32,000 nucleotides of DNA from Ignicoccus hospitalis KIN4/I (lineage in GTDB: Archaea > Thermoproteota > Thermoprotei_A > Sulfolobales > Ignicoccaceae): assembly GCF_000017945.1 (NCBI RefSeq), contig NC_009776.1, positions 300,001 to 332,000 of the forward strand, in the 5' to 3' direction. The notes beneath the pieces are model-generated. The model was not told the DNA's origin, searched no databases, and worked only from the letters and a program-made list of their open reading frames with translations. Shown piece by piece: positions 18,375 through 26,800 of this stretch. Both the position numbers and the translations under genes were made by a program. Every line of letters starts with the position of its first letter. Positions within the stretch are counted from its first letter, which is position 1.

Positions 18375-19964
18375 TCAGCCCAGCTTGACATAGCCCCCGG
18401 GCGCGGCGGCCTTGGCTAACTCCTCCGCTACCACGTTTCTTATCAACATCACCAGCACTGAGTAGTTGGAGAGCAGGCGCTCGGCCACCATCTTATCGAT
18501 CTTGTACTTCTCTATCAAGTTGTTGTACAAGGCTTCCAGTATCTCCGGCCTGTTCAACAGCTCTACCATTATCAAAGTTAAGTTGGACTTAAACGCTTCG
18601 AACTTGTCCTCCAACGAGTTCAACCTCGAGACGGTCGTGTTGAGGATTTCCCTGGTCTTTAAACTCTCCAGCCTCAGTTTCTCTATATTGTTCTTGATTT
18701 CGGTTAATTCCTTGGAGATGGAAGTTTGATTCGAGATTACTTGGGCTAACGTAGCGTTGAGCCTAGCGTACCCAGACTTCAAATTAGCTATTTCCTCCTC
18801 TACCTTCTTTATTTCCGACAACTTCGCCCTGAGTTCTTCCAGGTAGCTGGACACTTTCTTTAAGCTTTCTAACTCCTTCTTCACTGCGTTCAGCTCTTCC
18901 CTCGCGGTCCCAAGCTCCAACGCTAAGTTGGTTACGTTGGATATAAGGATCTTCAAGTCCTCTTTGGTTGCGAATGTCGCTTGGGCTACCTCTAAGTCCT
19001 TCACTTCCTTGTAAAGTTCGTTCAAGCTCTTCTCTAAGGTCTCTACCTTAGGCACGAACGAGGTCAGCTTCAACTCCAACTCTGAGGCGCGCTTCGCGAA
19101 GGTCTGGTTGAGCGCTTCTAACGAGGTCTTGAGCTGGTCCAAGGTCCTTTGCATTTCTATTACGGCGGAACTCAAGGACGCCATCTCTCCCTTAGTCTTC
19201 ATTAGGTCCGTCTTCGTCTTGTTAAGTTCTATGTTAAGGGCTATAATCTTCGTATTGAACTGGTCTTTGAGTTTGTTCAAGTTTTCATTTAATGACTTAT
19301 ATTCCTTCATAATTTGCGTTAGCTGATTCCTCAAGCCTTTTATCTGGGCCTCGAAGGCGCGTTCCAGCTCGTCCAACCTATTCATTATTGTGCTGCTCTC
19401 ATTCTTCAAGAGCTCGACGTCTTTCAACTTTAGGTTTATAGGTATTCCTTGTACTAGTCCAACTAGCGTTCCTAGCGCTAAAGCGGAGAGCGCGAGGGAT
19501 ATTATAGATAAAACGATTGGTGCCTTACTGGTCTTGGTAACTACCTTGACCTCGCGGATCGGTGCCTTAGGGGCTTCGGCAACCGTCCCGAGGGGTCCCT
19601 GCTCTGGAGTTCCCGGAGGGGCCTCCGGCTCCGGAGGGGGAGGAGGAGAAGGAGGGGCCTTCTCTAGGGTCTCCTCTACGAACGGCTTGGCCTCCTCTTC
19701 CTCCTCCCCTCCCATACCCCTCAGGGCGTCGGCCGTCTTGTTCAAGCCCACTCTCTCCGCCTTCTCGGCCAGCTCTTGGGACTTCAACCTCTGTTTGCTT
19801 ATCTGCTCGGCCAAGCTCTGGTCCAAGGCAGCCTTCTCTTCCTCGTCCAACTTTGGGTACTTGTTCTCGGAAACCAATTCCAATATGTTGTTTATGCAGT
19901 TTACGTCGAACCTCTCACAGCCGGCGTCTTCCATCAATATCCGGAGCACGTCCACTACCATCAC
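18375..19964 (-). CDS. Membrane-anchored long coiled-coil protein (529 aa), unknown function
   Basis: N-terminal cytoplasmic-like region, E-rich and Pro-rich linker (PPSPPPPPEPEAPPGTPE), one TM (APIVLSIISLALSALALGTLVGLVQG), then about 330 aa of heptad-like coiled coil with many NxS/T sequons. Confidence 0.85.
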   Translation of the reverse strand: MMVVDVLRILMEDAGCERFDVNCINNILELVSENKYPKLDEEEKAALDQSLAEQISKQRLKSQELAEKAERVGLNKTADALRGMGGEEEEEAKPFVEETLEKAPPSPPPPPEPEAPPGTPEQGPLGTVAEAPKAPIREVKVVTKTSKAPIVLSIISLALSALALGTLVGLVQGIPINLKLKDVELLKNESSTIMNRLDELERAFEAQIKGLRNQLTQIMKEYKSLNENLNKLKDQFNTKIIALNIELNKTKTDLMKTKGEMASLSSAVIEMQRTLDQLKTSLEALNQTFAKRASELELKLTSFVPKVETLEKSLNELYKEVKDLEVAQATFATKEDLKILISNVTNLALELGTAREELNAVKKELESLKKVSSYLEELRAKLSEIKKVEEEIANLKSGYARLNATLAQVISNQTSISKELTEIKNNIEKLRLESLKTREILNTTVSRLNSLEDKFEAFKSNLTLIMVELLNRPEILEALYNNLIEKYKIDKMVAERLLSNYSVLVMLIRNVVAEELAKAAAPGGYVKLG

Positions 19965-19965
19965 C

Positions 19966-20622
19966 TCAGAACCCGAACTCCGCTTGGAAGCTGGCCTCCT
20001 CGGCGCCGGAGGTGATAACGGTTAAACCTATGCTGCTGCTCGCCACCGCCACCAAGAACGGGTCCGTAAAGCACATGGGCTTCAACGCATTGGAGCTCCC
20101 CCTGGCAGCCGCAGCGGCGAAGGCGGGGAGGTCGTTGAGCACATCTTCCAAGTTAACGTAGATGGGCGAGGAGCAGACCCCCTCTACGCCGTTAACTATA
20201 GTTTTCAGCTCTATGGCGTCGGGGACCTTCTGGAAGTCCCTTACGTCGCACATGTTAATGAGGTCTACAGTCTTCCCCTCTAAAGTTATTTTCGGCTCGC
20301 CCCCGCTCTCGACCTCGGCGTTTTCGTACGCGTTTATCGCCATCTTAGCAGCCTCCGCAGCTATCGCGGACAAGTAGGAGGGCCCCCTCAAGGGCTTGGG
20401 GGTGGGGAGCTTGGTCTGGACCTCGACCACGCCCATGTAGTCCGGGCTCTCCACGTCCAAGAATATGGCTATGGTAAAGTCAGACAAGTTCTTGACGTAT
20501 ATCGCGGCGCTCACGTCCATCCCCAGGAGGTTTATGGTCCTCCACATGTCCCTCGCTCCGGTGCAGCCGGTGCCGTCCTTCTTCACGAAGCCCACTCGGC
20601 GCGTGAATATCTGGGCGCTCAA
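19966..20622 (-). CDS. Hypothetical protein (218 aa), likely co-transcribed with the coiled-coil protein
   Basis: Coherent ORF MSAQIFTRRVGFVKKDGTGCTGARDMWRTINLLG...; stop TGA lies 1 nt before the downstream GTG (TGAGGTG arrangement revealed on the minus strand). Confidence 0.7.
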   Translation of the reverse strand: MSAQIFTRRVGFVKKDGTGCTGARDMWRTINLLGMDVSAAIYVKNLSDFTIAIFLDVESPDYMGVVEVQTKLPTPKPLRGPSYLSAIAAEAAKMAINAYENAEVESGGEPKITLEGKTVDLINMCDVRDFQKVPDAIELKTIVNGVEGVCSSPIYVNLEDVLNDLPAFAAAAARGSSNALKPMCFTDPFLVAVASSSIGLTVITSGAEEASFQAEFGF

Positions 20623-20651
20623 AATCGGGCCCCGAGGTGCGTTGCTCTTAA

Positions 20652-20660
20652 GATATATTT
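20652..20660 (-). promoter_or_regulatory. Candidate TATA box for the 20622-to-18375 gene pair
   Basis: gatatattt (minus AAATATATC) about 33 nt upstream of the TTG start at 20622. Confidence 0.45.
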
Positions 20661-20725
20661 ACGGTTAGTTCTCAAGACTTATTACCCCTTGGATCCCTAC
20701 CTCCCCTCAGCTGGGTGGTGCTGGA

Positions 20726-20995
20726 TTGAGCGTCACGTTTTGTCCCAAGTGTAAGGCACTGATGCAAGTGGTCAGAAAGGACGGTAAGGTGGTACTCAAG
20801 TGTCCTAGGTGCGGCTACGAGGTGGAGGTGAAGAAGCCCGCCAGGATAGTGAGGGCCGTGGAAAAGGACAAGCACATAATAACAACTTCCAAAGTAGTGA
20901 AGGCCGAGGAGAGGAGGACCCTGACGGAAGAAGAGAAAGAGATGCTGCAAGACTACTACAGAGACATCTTCCTGGAGAACTTCGGCGGGGAGTGA
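20726..20995 (+). CDS. RPB9/TFS N-terminal-like zinc-ribbon protein lacking the C-terminal TFIIS ribbon
   Basis: FCPKCKALMQVVRKDGKVVLKCPRCGYEVEV... (C4 zinc ribbon) then a charged helical tail; ends at 89 aa without a second CxxC pair. Confidence 0.8.
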   Translation: MSVTFCPKCKALMQVVRKDGKVVLKCPRCGYEVEVKKPARIVRAVEKDKHIITTSKVVKAEERRTLTEEEKEMLQDYYRDIFLENFGGE

Positions 20996-21034
20996 GTTTT
21001 TGCTTCCTCCCCGAAGGGGTTAGGGGAGCTAGAG

Positions 21035-21334
21035 ATGAACCCCCTCGCCGCGTTGTTAGCCTTCATACTTACCGTAATGTTCCTGGAGAGCGGCCACTTC
21101 GAAATACTATTGGTCCTCCTCATAGCTATCGGGGCCTTGCCCCCCGAGCACGCGGCCGCGCTGGCGAGGAGGCTCGGCAAGCTGTATTACGAAGTTAACA
21201 AGGCTCTGGACTCCTTAACTAAGGGCGGGCCGGCGGAGTGGCTGGGTAAGGTGGGCTATTGGAGGGCCAAGAGGGCGGCCGGCGCACTAAAAGGGAGCCC
21301 TTATGAGGTCCTAAAGGAGACCAAGAGGCCTTGA
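21035..21334 (+). CDS. Small membrane protein (99 aa), unknown
   Basis: MNPLAALLAFILTVMFLESGHFEILLVLLIAIGALPPEHAAALARRLGKLYYEVNKAL...; two hydrophobic segments; stop overlaps the next start (TTGA). Confidence 0.65.
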   Translation: MNPLAALLAFILTVMFLESGHFEILLVLLIAIGALPPEHAAALARRLGKLYYEVNKALDSLTKGGPAEWLGKVGYWRAKRAAGALKGSPYEVLKETKRP

Positions 21335-22596
21335 AGCCCCTATACGTACACTTGTTGAGGAAGGACACTAAGTACAGCGCGTATTCGGTAGTGGCGATAG
21401 TGGAGAGCTCCGGCTTTGAGGCTACCTTGGTCAAGGACCCGGCCCAAGCGCTGGAGCTAGCTAAGAAGAGGCCAGTGGTCTTCGGGGTTTCTCTCATGAC
21501 CACCGACCTCCTCGACGAGAACCTCTTAAGGTGGATCAAGGCGCTGAAGGGGAAGGCCTTCTTGGTGGCCGGGGGGCCCCACGCGACTGGGGACCCTTGG
21601 GGCACCTTGAACTTGGGCTTCGACGCGGCCGTCCACGGGGAGGCGGAGGAGACCTTACCGGAGCTGCTGAGGGCCCTCGAGGAGGGCTCGGACTGGAGGA
21701 GGGTTAAAGGGGTATACAGCGACGAGGGCTTCTCCGGCCCCAGGGGGTTGGCGGACCTAGACCGCTACCCCCCGTGGCCTCACTGGAGGGGGCTGGTCGG
21801 GCCGATAGAGATAACTAGGGGCTGTCCCTTCGCTTGTTCCTATTGTCAAACTACCTTTATGTTCAAAGCTTTTGTAAGGCATCGATCTATAGAAAACGTA
21901 ATCAAGTATGCCTCAATAATGAGGGATATGGGACTGAAGGACATGAGGTTCATAACGCCTAACGCTCTCTCCTACGGAGGGGACGGCAGGAGGCCTAACT
22001 TGGAGGCGGTGGAGGAGCTCTTAGCGAGGCTAAAGAAGCTGGGCGTGAGGACCTTCTTCGGCTCCTTCCCGAGCGAGGTGAGGCCGGAGTTCGTAAACGA
22101 GGAGAGCATAAAGATCTTGAAGAAGTACGTCAGCAACAAGAGGCTGGTCATAGGTGCCCAGAGCGCCTCCGACGCGGTCCTCAAGAGGATCCACAGGGGG
22201 CACGCTTGGGAGGACGTGGTAAACGCGGTGGAGGTGAGCGTCAAACACGGCTTCGTCCCGGAGGTGGACTTCATACTCGGGCTTCCGGGGGAGAGCGAGG
22301 AGGACATGATGGAGACCTTGAGGGGGATGAGGAAGTTAGCTTCCATGGGCGCTAGGGCACACTTGCACTACTTCATGCCCCTCCCCGGGACCCCCCTCGC
22401 GTACGCCGACCCGACCCCGCTCCCGGAGAGGGTGCGGAAGGAGGTCGCCAAGCTCGTGGGCGAGGGCAAGGGCTGGGGGCAGTGGTTAAAGCAAGAGGAG
22501 GTCTCTTGGAAGATAGTGGAGCTCCGTAGGAAGGGGGTGATCCTCCCCAAGAGGAGGGCACTCATTTCCTCCCCCGGCCTTCCAGCGAGGGGCTGA
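21331..22596 (+). CDS. B12-binding domain/radical SAM protein
   Basis: Cobalamin-like N-domain, then ITRGCPFACSYCQTTFMFKAFVRHRS (CxxxCxxC), RFITPNALSYGGDGRRPNLEAVEELLARLKKLGVRTFFGSFPSEVRPE, DFILGLPGESEEDMMETL. Confidence 0.9.
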   Translation: MKPLYVHLLRKDTKYSAYSVVAIVESSGFEATLVKDPAQALELAKKRPVVFGVSLMTTDLLDENLLRWIKALKGKAFLVAGGPHATGDPWGTLNLGFDAAVHGEAEETLPELLRALEEGSDWRRVKGVYSDEGFSGPRGLADLDRYPPWPHWRGLVGPIEITRGCPFACSYCQTTFMFKAFVRHRSIENVIKYASIMRDMGLKDMRFITPNALSYGGDGRRPNLEAVEELLARLKKLGVRTFFGSFPSEVRPEFVNEESIKILKKYVSNKRLVIGAQSASDAVLKRIHRGHAWEDVVNAVEVSVKHGFVPEVDFILGLPGESEEDMMETLRGMRKLASMGARAHLHYFMPLPGTPLAYADPTPLPERVRKEVAKLVGEGKGWGQWLKQEEVSWKIVELRRKGVILPKRRALISSPGLPARG

Positions 22597-22626
22597 GGGC
22601 TGCTGCTGGACCACAAGAGGCTCAAG

Positions 22627-23802
22627 GTGGAGGGAGGCAAGTACTTGGAGGTCACCGGGCCGGCAGCGGTGAGGTTAGTAAGGGGCAGCGCGGTCCTAAT
22701 GGGGAAGACGTTAGAGGAGAACGACGTCATAGTGGTTCCCCAGTGGAGGACTTACGCGTTCAAGGCTATAAAGGACTCCGAGCTGGACGTTTCAATTACA
22801 TCGACGACGAAGGTAGAAATTAAGGACAAGAACGTTATGGACGAGTGGGTAAAGGGGCTCTCGAAGATCGTGGGAGCGAAGAGGGTTGTGATACTGGGCC
22901 CCACGGACTCCGGGAAGAGCAGCGCGACTGCAACCTTAGTTAACATGAATTTGAACGAGGGCTACGAGGTCAGCGTGGTGGACAGCGACGTTGGCCAGAG
23001 CAACTTGTGCTTCCCCACTATGGTGTGCAAGGCGAAGGTCAAGGGTTACGTCTTCACGTTGAGCGACTTGGAGGCCGAGGAGCAACGCTTTACCGGCACC
23101 ATAACCCCGGCGGTGGAGAAGAGCCGGATAATCTCCTCCGTCTCTTCCCTCTCCAAGGGGAGGGTAATAGTTGACACCGACGGGTGGGTGGACGGCTTCG
23201 AGGCCGGCTGCTACAAGCACGAGCTCCTCCGGGCGGTCTCGCCGGAGGTCGTTGTTTACATGGGTAAGGCCCCCTGGTGGGCCAAGGGCCCTTGGGAGCT
23301 GGTGGAGCTTCCCCCCTCCACGGGCAAGGAGAGGAGTAGGAACGACAGGAGGAGCATAAGGAAAAATAAGTACAGGAAGGCCCTAGAGGGGTGCAAGACT
23401 AAGGACATAGACCTAACTAAGGTTAACGCACTCATGTCCGTTATATTCAACAACCCGTGGGGCGACGAGGTCCTTAAGGAGGGCGTGAAGGAGCTCATAG
23501 GGGTCAAGCCGTTATTGGTGGTGCCTTGGGGCAACAAGGTAGTCGCCGTAATAAAGAGGGGCTTGAAGTACAAGAAAGTACCGAACGTCGAGGTGCTGGA
23601 GGAGGGCGAGGAGAGGGGGCTGTTGGTAGGCTTGGGGGACGGCTCCGGCAACGAGCGGCTGGGCGTCGTGGTGAAGATAGACCACTTGAAGAAAGTTATG
23701 AAAGTAAAGACTTGTATGGAGGAAGAGCCCCTTTACGTTATATTCGGGAGGGTCAAGCTCGAAGAGGACTACAGCGACAAGGTTGTAAAAAAGCCCTTTT
23801 AG
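22627..23802 (+). CDS. Clp1/Grc3-like polynucleotide 5'-kinase family protein
   Basis: RVVILGPTDSGKSSATATLVNMNLNEGYEVSVVDSDVGQSNLCFPT (P-loop and DxDxGQ), GRVIVDTDGWVDGFEAGCYKHELLRAVSPEVVV. Coding-like sequence (LLLDHKRLKVEGG) extends slightly upstream of the GTG. Confidence 0.85.
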   Translation: MEGGKYLEVTGPAAVRLVRGSAVLMGKTLEENDVIVVPQWRTYAFKAIKDSELDVSITSTTKVEIKDKNVMDEWVKGLSKIVGAKRVVILGPTDSGKSSATATLVNMNLNEGYEVSVVDSDVGQSNLCFPTMVCKAKVKGYVFTLSDLEAEEQRFTGTITPAVEKSRIISSVSSLSKGRVIVDTDGWVDGFEAGCYKHELLRAVSPEVVVYMGKAPWWAKGPWELVELPPSTGKERSRNDRRSIRKNKYRKALEGCKTKDIDLTKVNALMSVIFNNPWGDEVLKEGVKELIGVKPLLVVPWGNKVVAVIKRGLKYKKVPNVEVLEEGEERGLLVGLGDGSGNERLGVVVKIDHLKKVMKVKTCMEEEPLYVIFGRVKLEEDYSDKVVKKPF

Positions 23803-26800
23803 CTACACTTGACGCAGTAAGGCCCGTTGACCAGCACGTGCCAGTTCGCCTTGTTTATCATTATTATGCTCGTGCCGTTCAGTTCGCTGGGCTTGGTCAA
23901 AGAGCTCCAAGTCAGTATAGCATCAACGTTCTTAGAGGTGTTGTTTGCGTAGCTCCTCATGATCACTATCAGCGGAGGTACCGCGCCGTAGTCGTCGTTG
24001 CTCAGCCCTATCACGAAGGACTTCACGTCGTCAACCTTCGTCGTCATGTTGTTGAACGTAATCAAGTAGTCGTCAGTCAGCGAGACGGCCAGCGTCAAGT
24101 TGTTATAGTAGTTAGTGACGTTCGTTGATAAGAGCTCTGCGGTCTTGTTGAACGCTACCGCGTTCCACTTGTCCGCGCTGCTGACCGGCAAGTTGAGCTT
24201 GGCCGCGAAGACTGTCGGCAAGCCGGAGGTGGAGTTGTGCCAAGCTAGTTCGCCGTTCCAGAAAGCCGCCACCGTTACGTTGGTCATGAAGTCAGTGTAG
24301 TTGTAGAACGGATTCTTGGTGGTGGCGTAGGAGCCGTACTCGTTCAGCTGCAATGACGTCAAGTTGCCCAGCACGTCCACTTGGAGGGTGGCGTTGTAGG
24401 GCCCGGTGACATTGATTACCGCGTATCCCTTGCTCTTGACGTATACGATTGGCGCGTCCACCTTCGGAGAGTACACGTCTGGCACTTCCACGGTTACGTA
24501 GTCGTCCAGCGGTATCTTCGGTAAAGTCCTCACGAACATGTAGTAGTAAACCCTGTCGTCCGTGCCAAGCTTGCTTACGGTTGTAGCGTTGTTCCTGTCA
24601 GCGTAGCTGAAGCCTATGTACTTCACTTGGTCAGGCAACAGCTGGCTATACTCGACTTTCAGCTTGTATGCCGAAAGGTCGAGCGTGCCGTAGTAGAACA
24701 GCTCGCCCAGGGGACCGTTCTCGTGTATGTTGAAGTACACAGCCGGCGTGCTGAGGTCATACTTCACCACGTTGTAGTATACCTTGTCCGGGGAGCTGAG
24801 CTTGTATGCCGGCTCGCTGGCGTACTCTACCAAGTAGGACCTCCAAGCGTTGGACCAGAAGCCGTTCCTCGAGGTCACGAAGCGGTGCCAGTCGTCCACG
24901 TCCTCGTAGAGCATCCACTTCAACCAGCTCTTGCCGTCGCTCACCGCCCCGGGGACGTAGGGGTAGATTATGTTCCAACCGCCGAAGTAGTCGCCGTAGC
25001 TGCCGCCGTTCATGCCCACCCTAACTTCGTAGAAGCTCCCCCTCGGCACTTCCGGCCACAGCCAGAAGTTCCATACCACCCTTTGACTGAGCCAAGTGCT
25101 GTTTAGTACTATGCCGTTCCTCTGGGCGTTGATTATGCCGGCCCTTACGGTCTCAGCCGCCTTCCAGAGCGGCGTACAAGTCACCACGCCGGGCTCCCCG
25201 TTCAGCGGCGCGCCGTAGATGGTCGACTTGACCACTTGTAAGCCCTTGACTATGGTTGCATTTATTTGGCCCACCAGCGGCAAGCAGCCGTCGCTATTGG
25301 AGTAGTCGTAGAGCTGCGGGAAGCTGATCCTCGGTCTGCCCAAGCGGTAGGGGTACCAGTACAGCATGTACACCTTCGCCTTCTCTTTGCCAGCCCCGGC
25401 TACGTATGCGTAGAGCCCGTGCGCGTCGGGCTCGAGCGTGTAAGCGTAAACCGGAGGGCACTGAGCCGCGTCGTAGGCCTCGAAGCACTGGAACGCCGTC
25501 TGCAAGCTGTCGAAGCTGTCTCCGTACACGGTTACGTTGTATATCACTCCGGAGAACGCTGCCATGGTCTCTTCGTCTATGTTGTAGTCGTAGTACCTGC
25601 TTGCGTCCGATATCACGAAGGCCGGAGTATTACCGTTAAACAACTCGTACATTAAGGAAGCTAGGCCCCCTCCACTGCTAACTTGGTTTATCTCACTCAG
25701 AACGTCGCCCAAGACCGGGGAGGGCGGCAACGAGCCCTCGAGCGTTTCCAAGGACTTGACGTATACCTCCCACTTATCGGTGGCGTTGTTGAAGGTGGCG
25801 ACTATCATGTACTTCTTCCCGGGGACCAGCGTGGTGGGTGCCACAGCCTTGGGTATTATCCTATAGCCGTAATTAGTTATCTGGAACAGCGCCGGCGCGC
25901 CTCTGTAAATCGCCAGCATCCAGCCAGTGCCAGTAGTTGGGTCCGTTTGGTAAGCTATGGGGAACAGCCAGTAGCCGACGTAAGGCGCTCTGATGAAGAA
26001 GCTGTCGTCACGCCAAGTGGGGTCTATGTAGTAGTTCAGCTGGTCCTCGTCGGCGAAGTTGAAGGCCCCGTCCCACCTCACTACGGCCACCACGCTGAAG
26101 GAGTTCCTGTTCGCGACGAAGTTAAGCTTGTTCTGCGGGTCATCGAACACAACTCCGGTCATGGTGAAGGCGTAGCCGGGGAAGTTCCAAGTCCAAGAGT
26201 AGCTATCTAGCTCCACCCTCGCTCCGTAGAAGTCAACGTAGACCGGGAACACCTCCCTCGGGTCGGAGGCGCCGTTCTCCCCTACCAGTACGGTGAGCGT
26301 CACCTTTCCGCCGGCCGGCAAGTAGGGCACCTTGACCCAGACGTAGCCGTCGCTCCTCGCGGGCCCATTCCTTTGTACGGGGACGCTGGTGCAGTTGCCC
26401 ACGACGGTCTCGTAGCAGAACTTCACGGGCGCGCCCAGCTCGTCTATGATGGTTATGGGGGTGGCGTTCAGCTGTGCCGGTAACTTGACCCTAATCACTT
26501 GGTCGAACAGCGCCTCGGAGTTGGGGTTCTCTATGGTTATCTTATAGCTCCTAACGGTGCTGTCCACCGGATACTGGAGGCCCAAGAACTTCAGCCCGGA
26601 GGCCGTGGTAACATTGACCGCGTAGGTGGTAGTTAGGTTGGCGGCGGGGGCGTAACAGACGTCGTAGCCGCTGAAGCTCGCGCACGGGTAGGCCAGCCCG
26701 GGGAACTTTACCTCGTGCTCTAAGATCTTGCCGTCGAACGGGGTCCCGTCGGAGCCCTTGGGGTACTGCCCGGCTATGCCTAGGTAAAGGCAGACCACCG

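Noticed and set aside
18375-19964. Possibility that the coiled-coil gene is an SMC/Rad50-like fragment
   Set aside because: No Walker A/B or ABC signature; it has a TM helix and sequons instead.
19390-20161. Plus-strand ORFs (211, 79, 102 aa) opposite the coiled-coil gene
   Set aside because: Ser-rich antisense of Lys/Glu/Leu coiled-coil and Pro-rich codons; compositional artefact.
24627-26210. Multiple plus-strand and off-frame ORFs inside the giant surface-protein gene
   Set aside because: Shadows of the 1341-aa ORF; no promoter, start context or recognisable domain.
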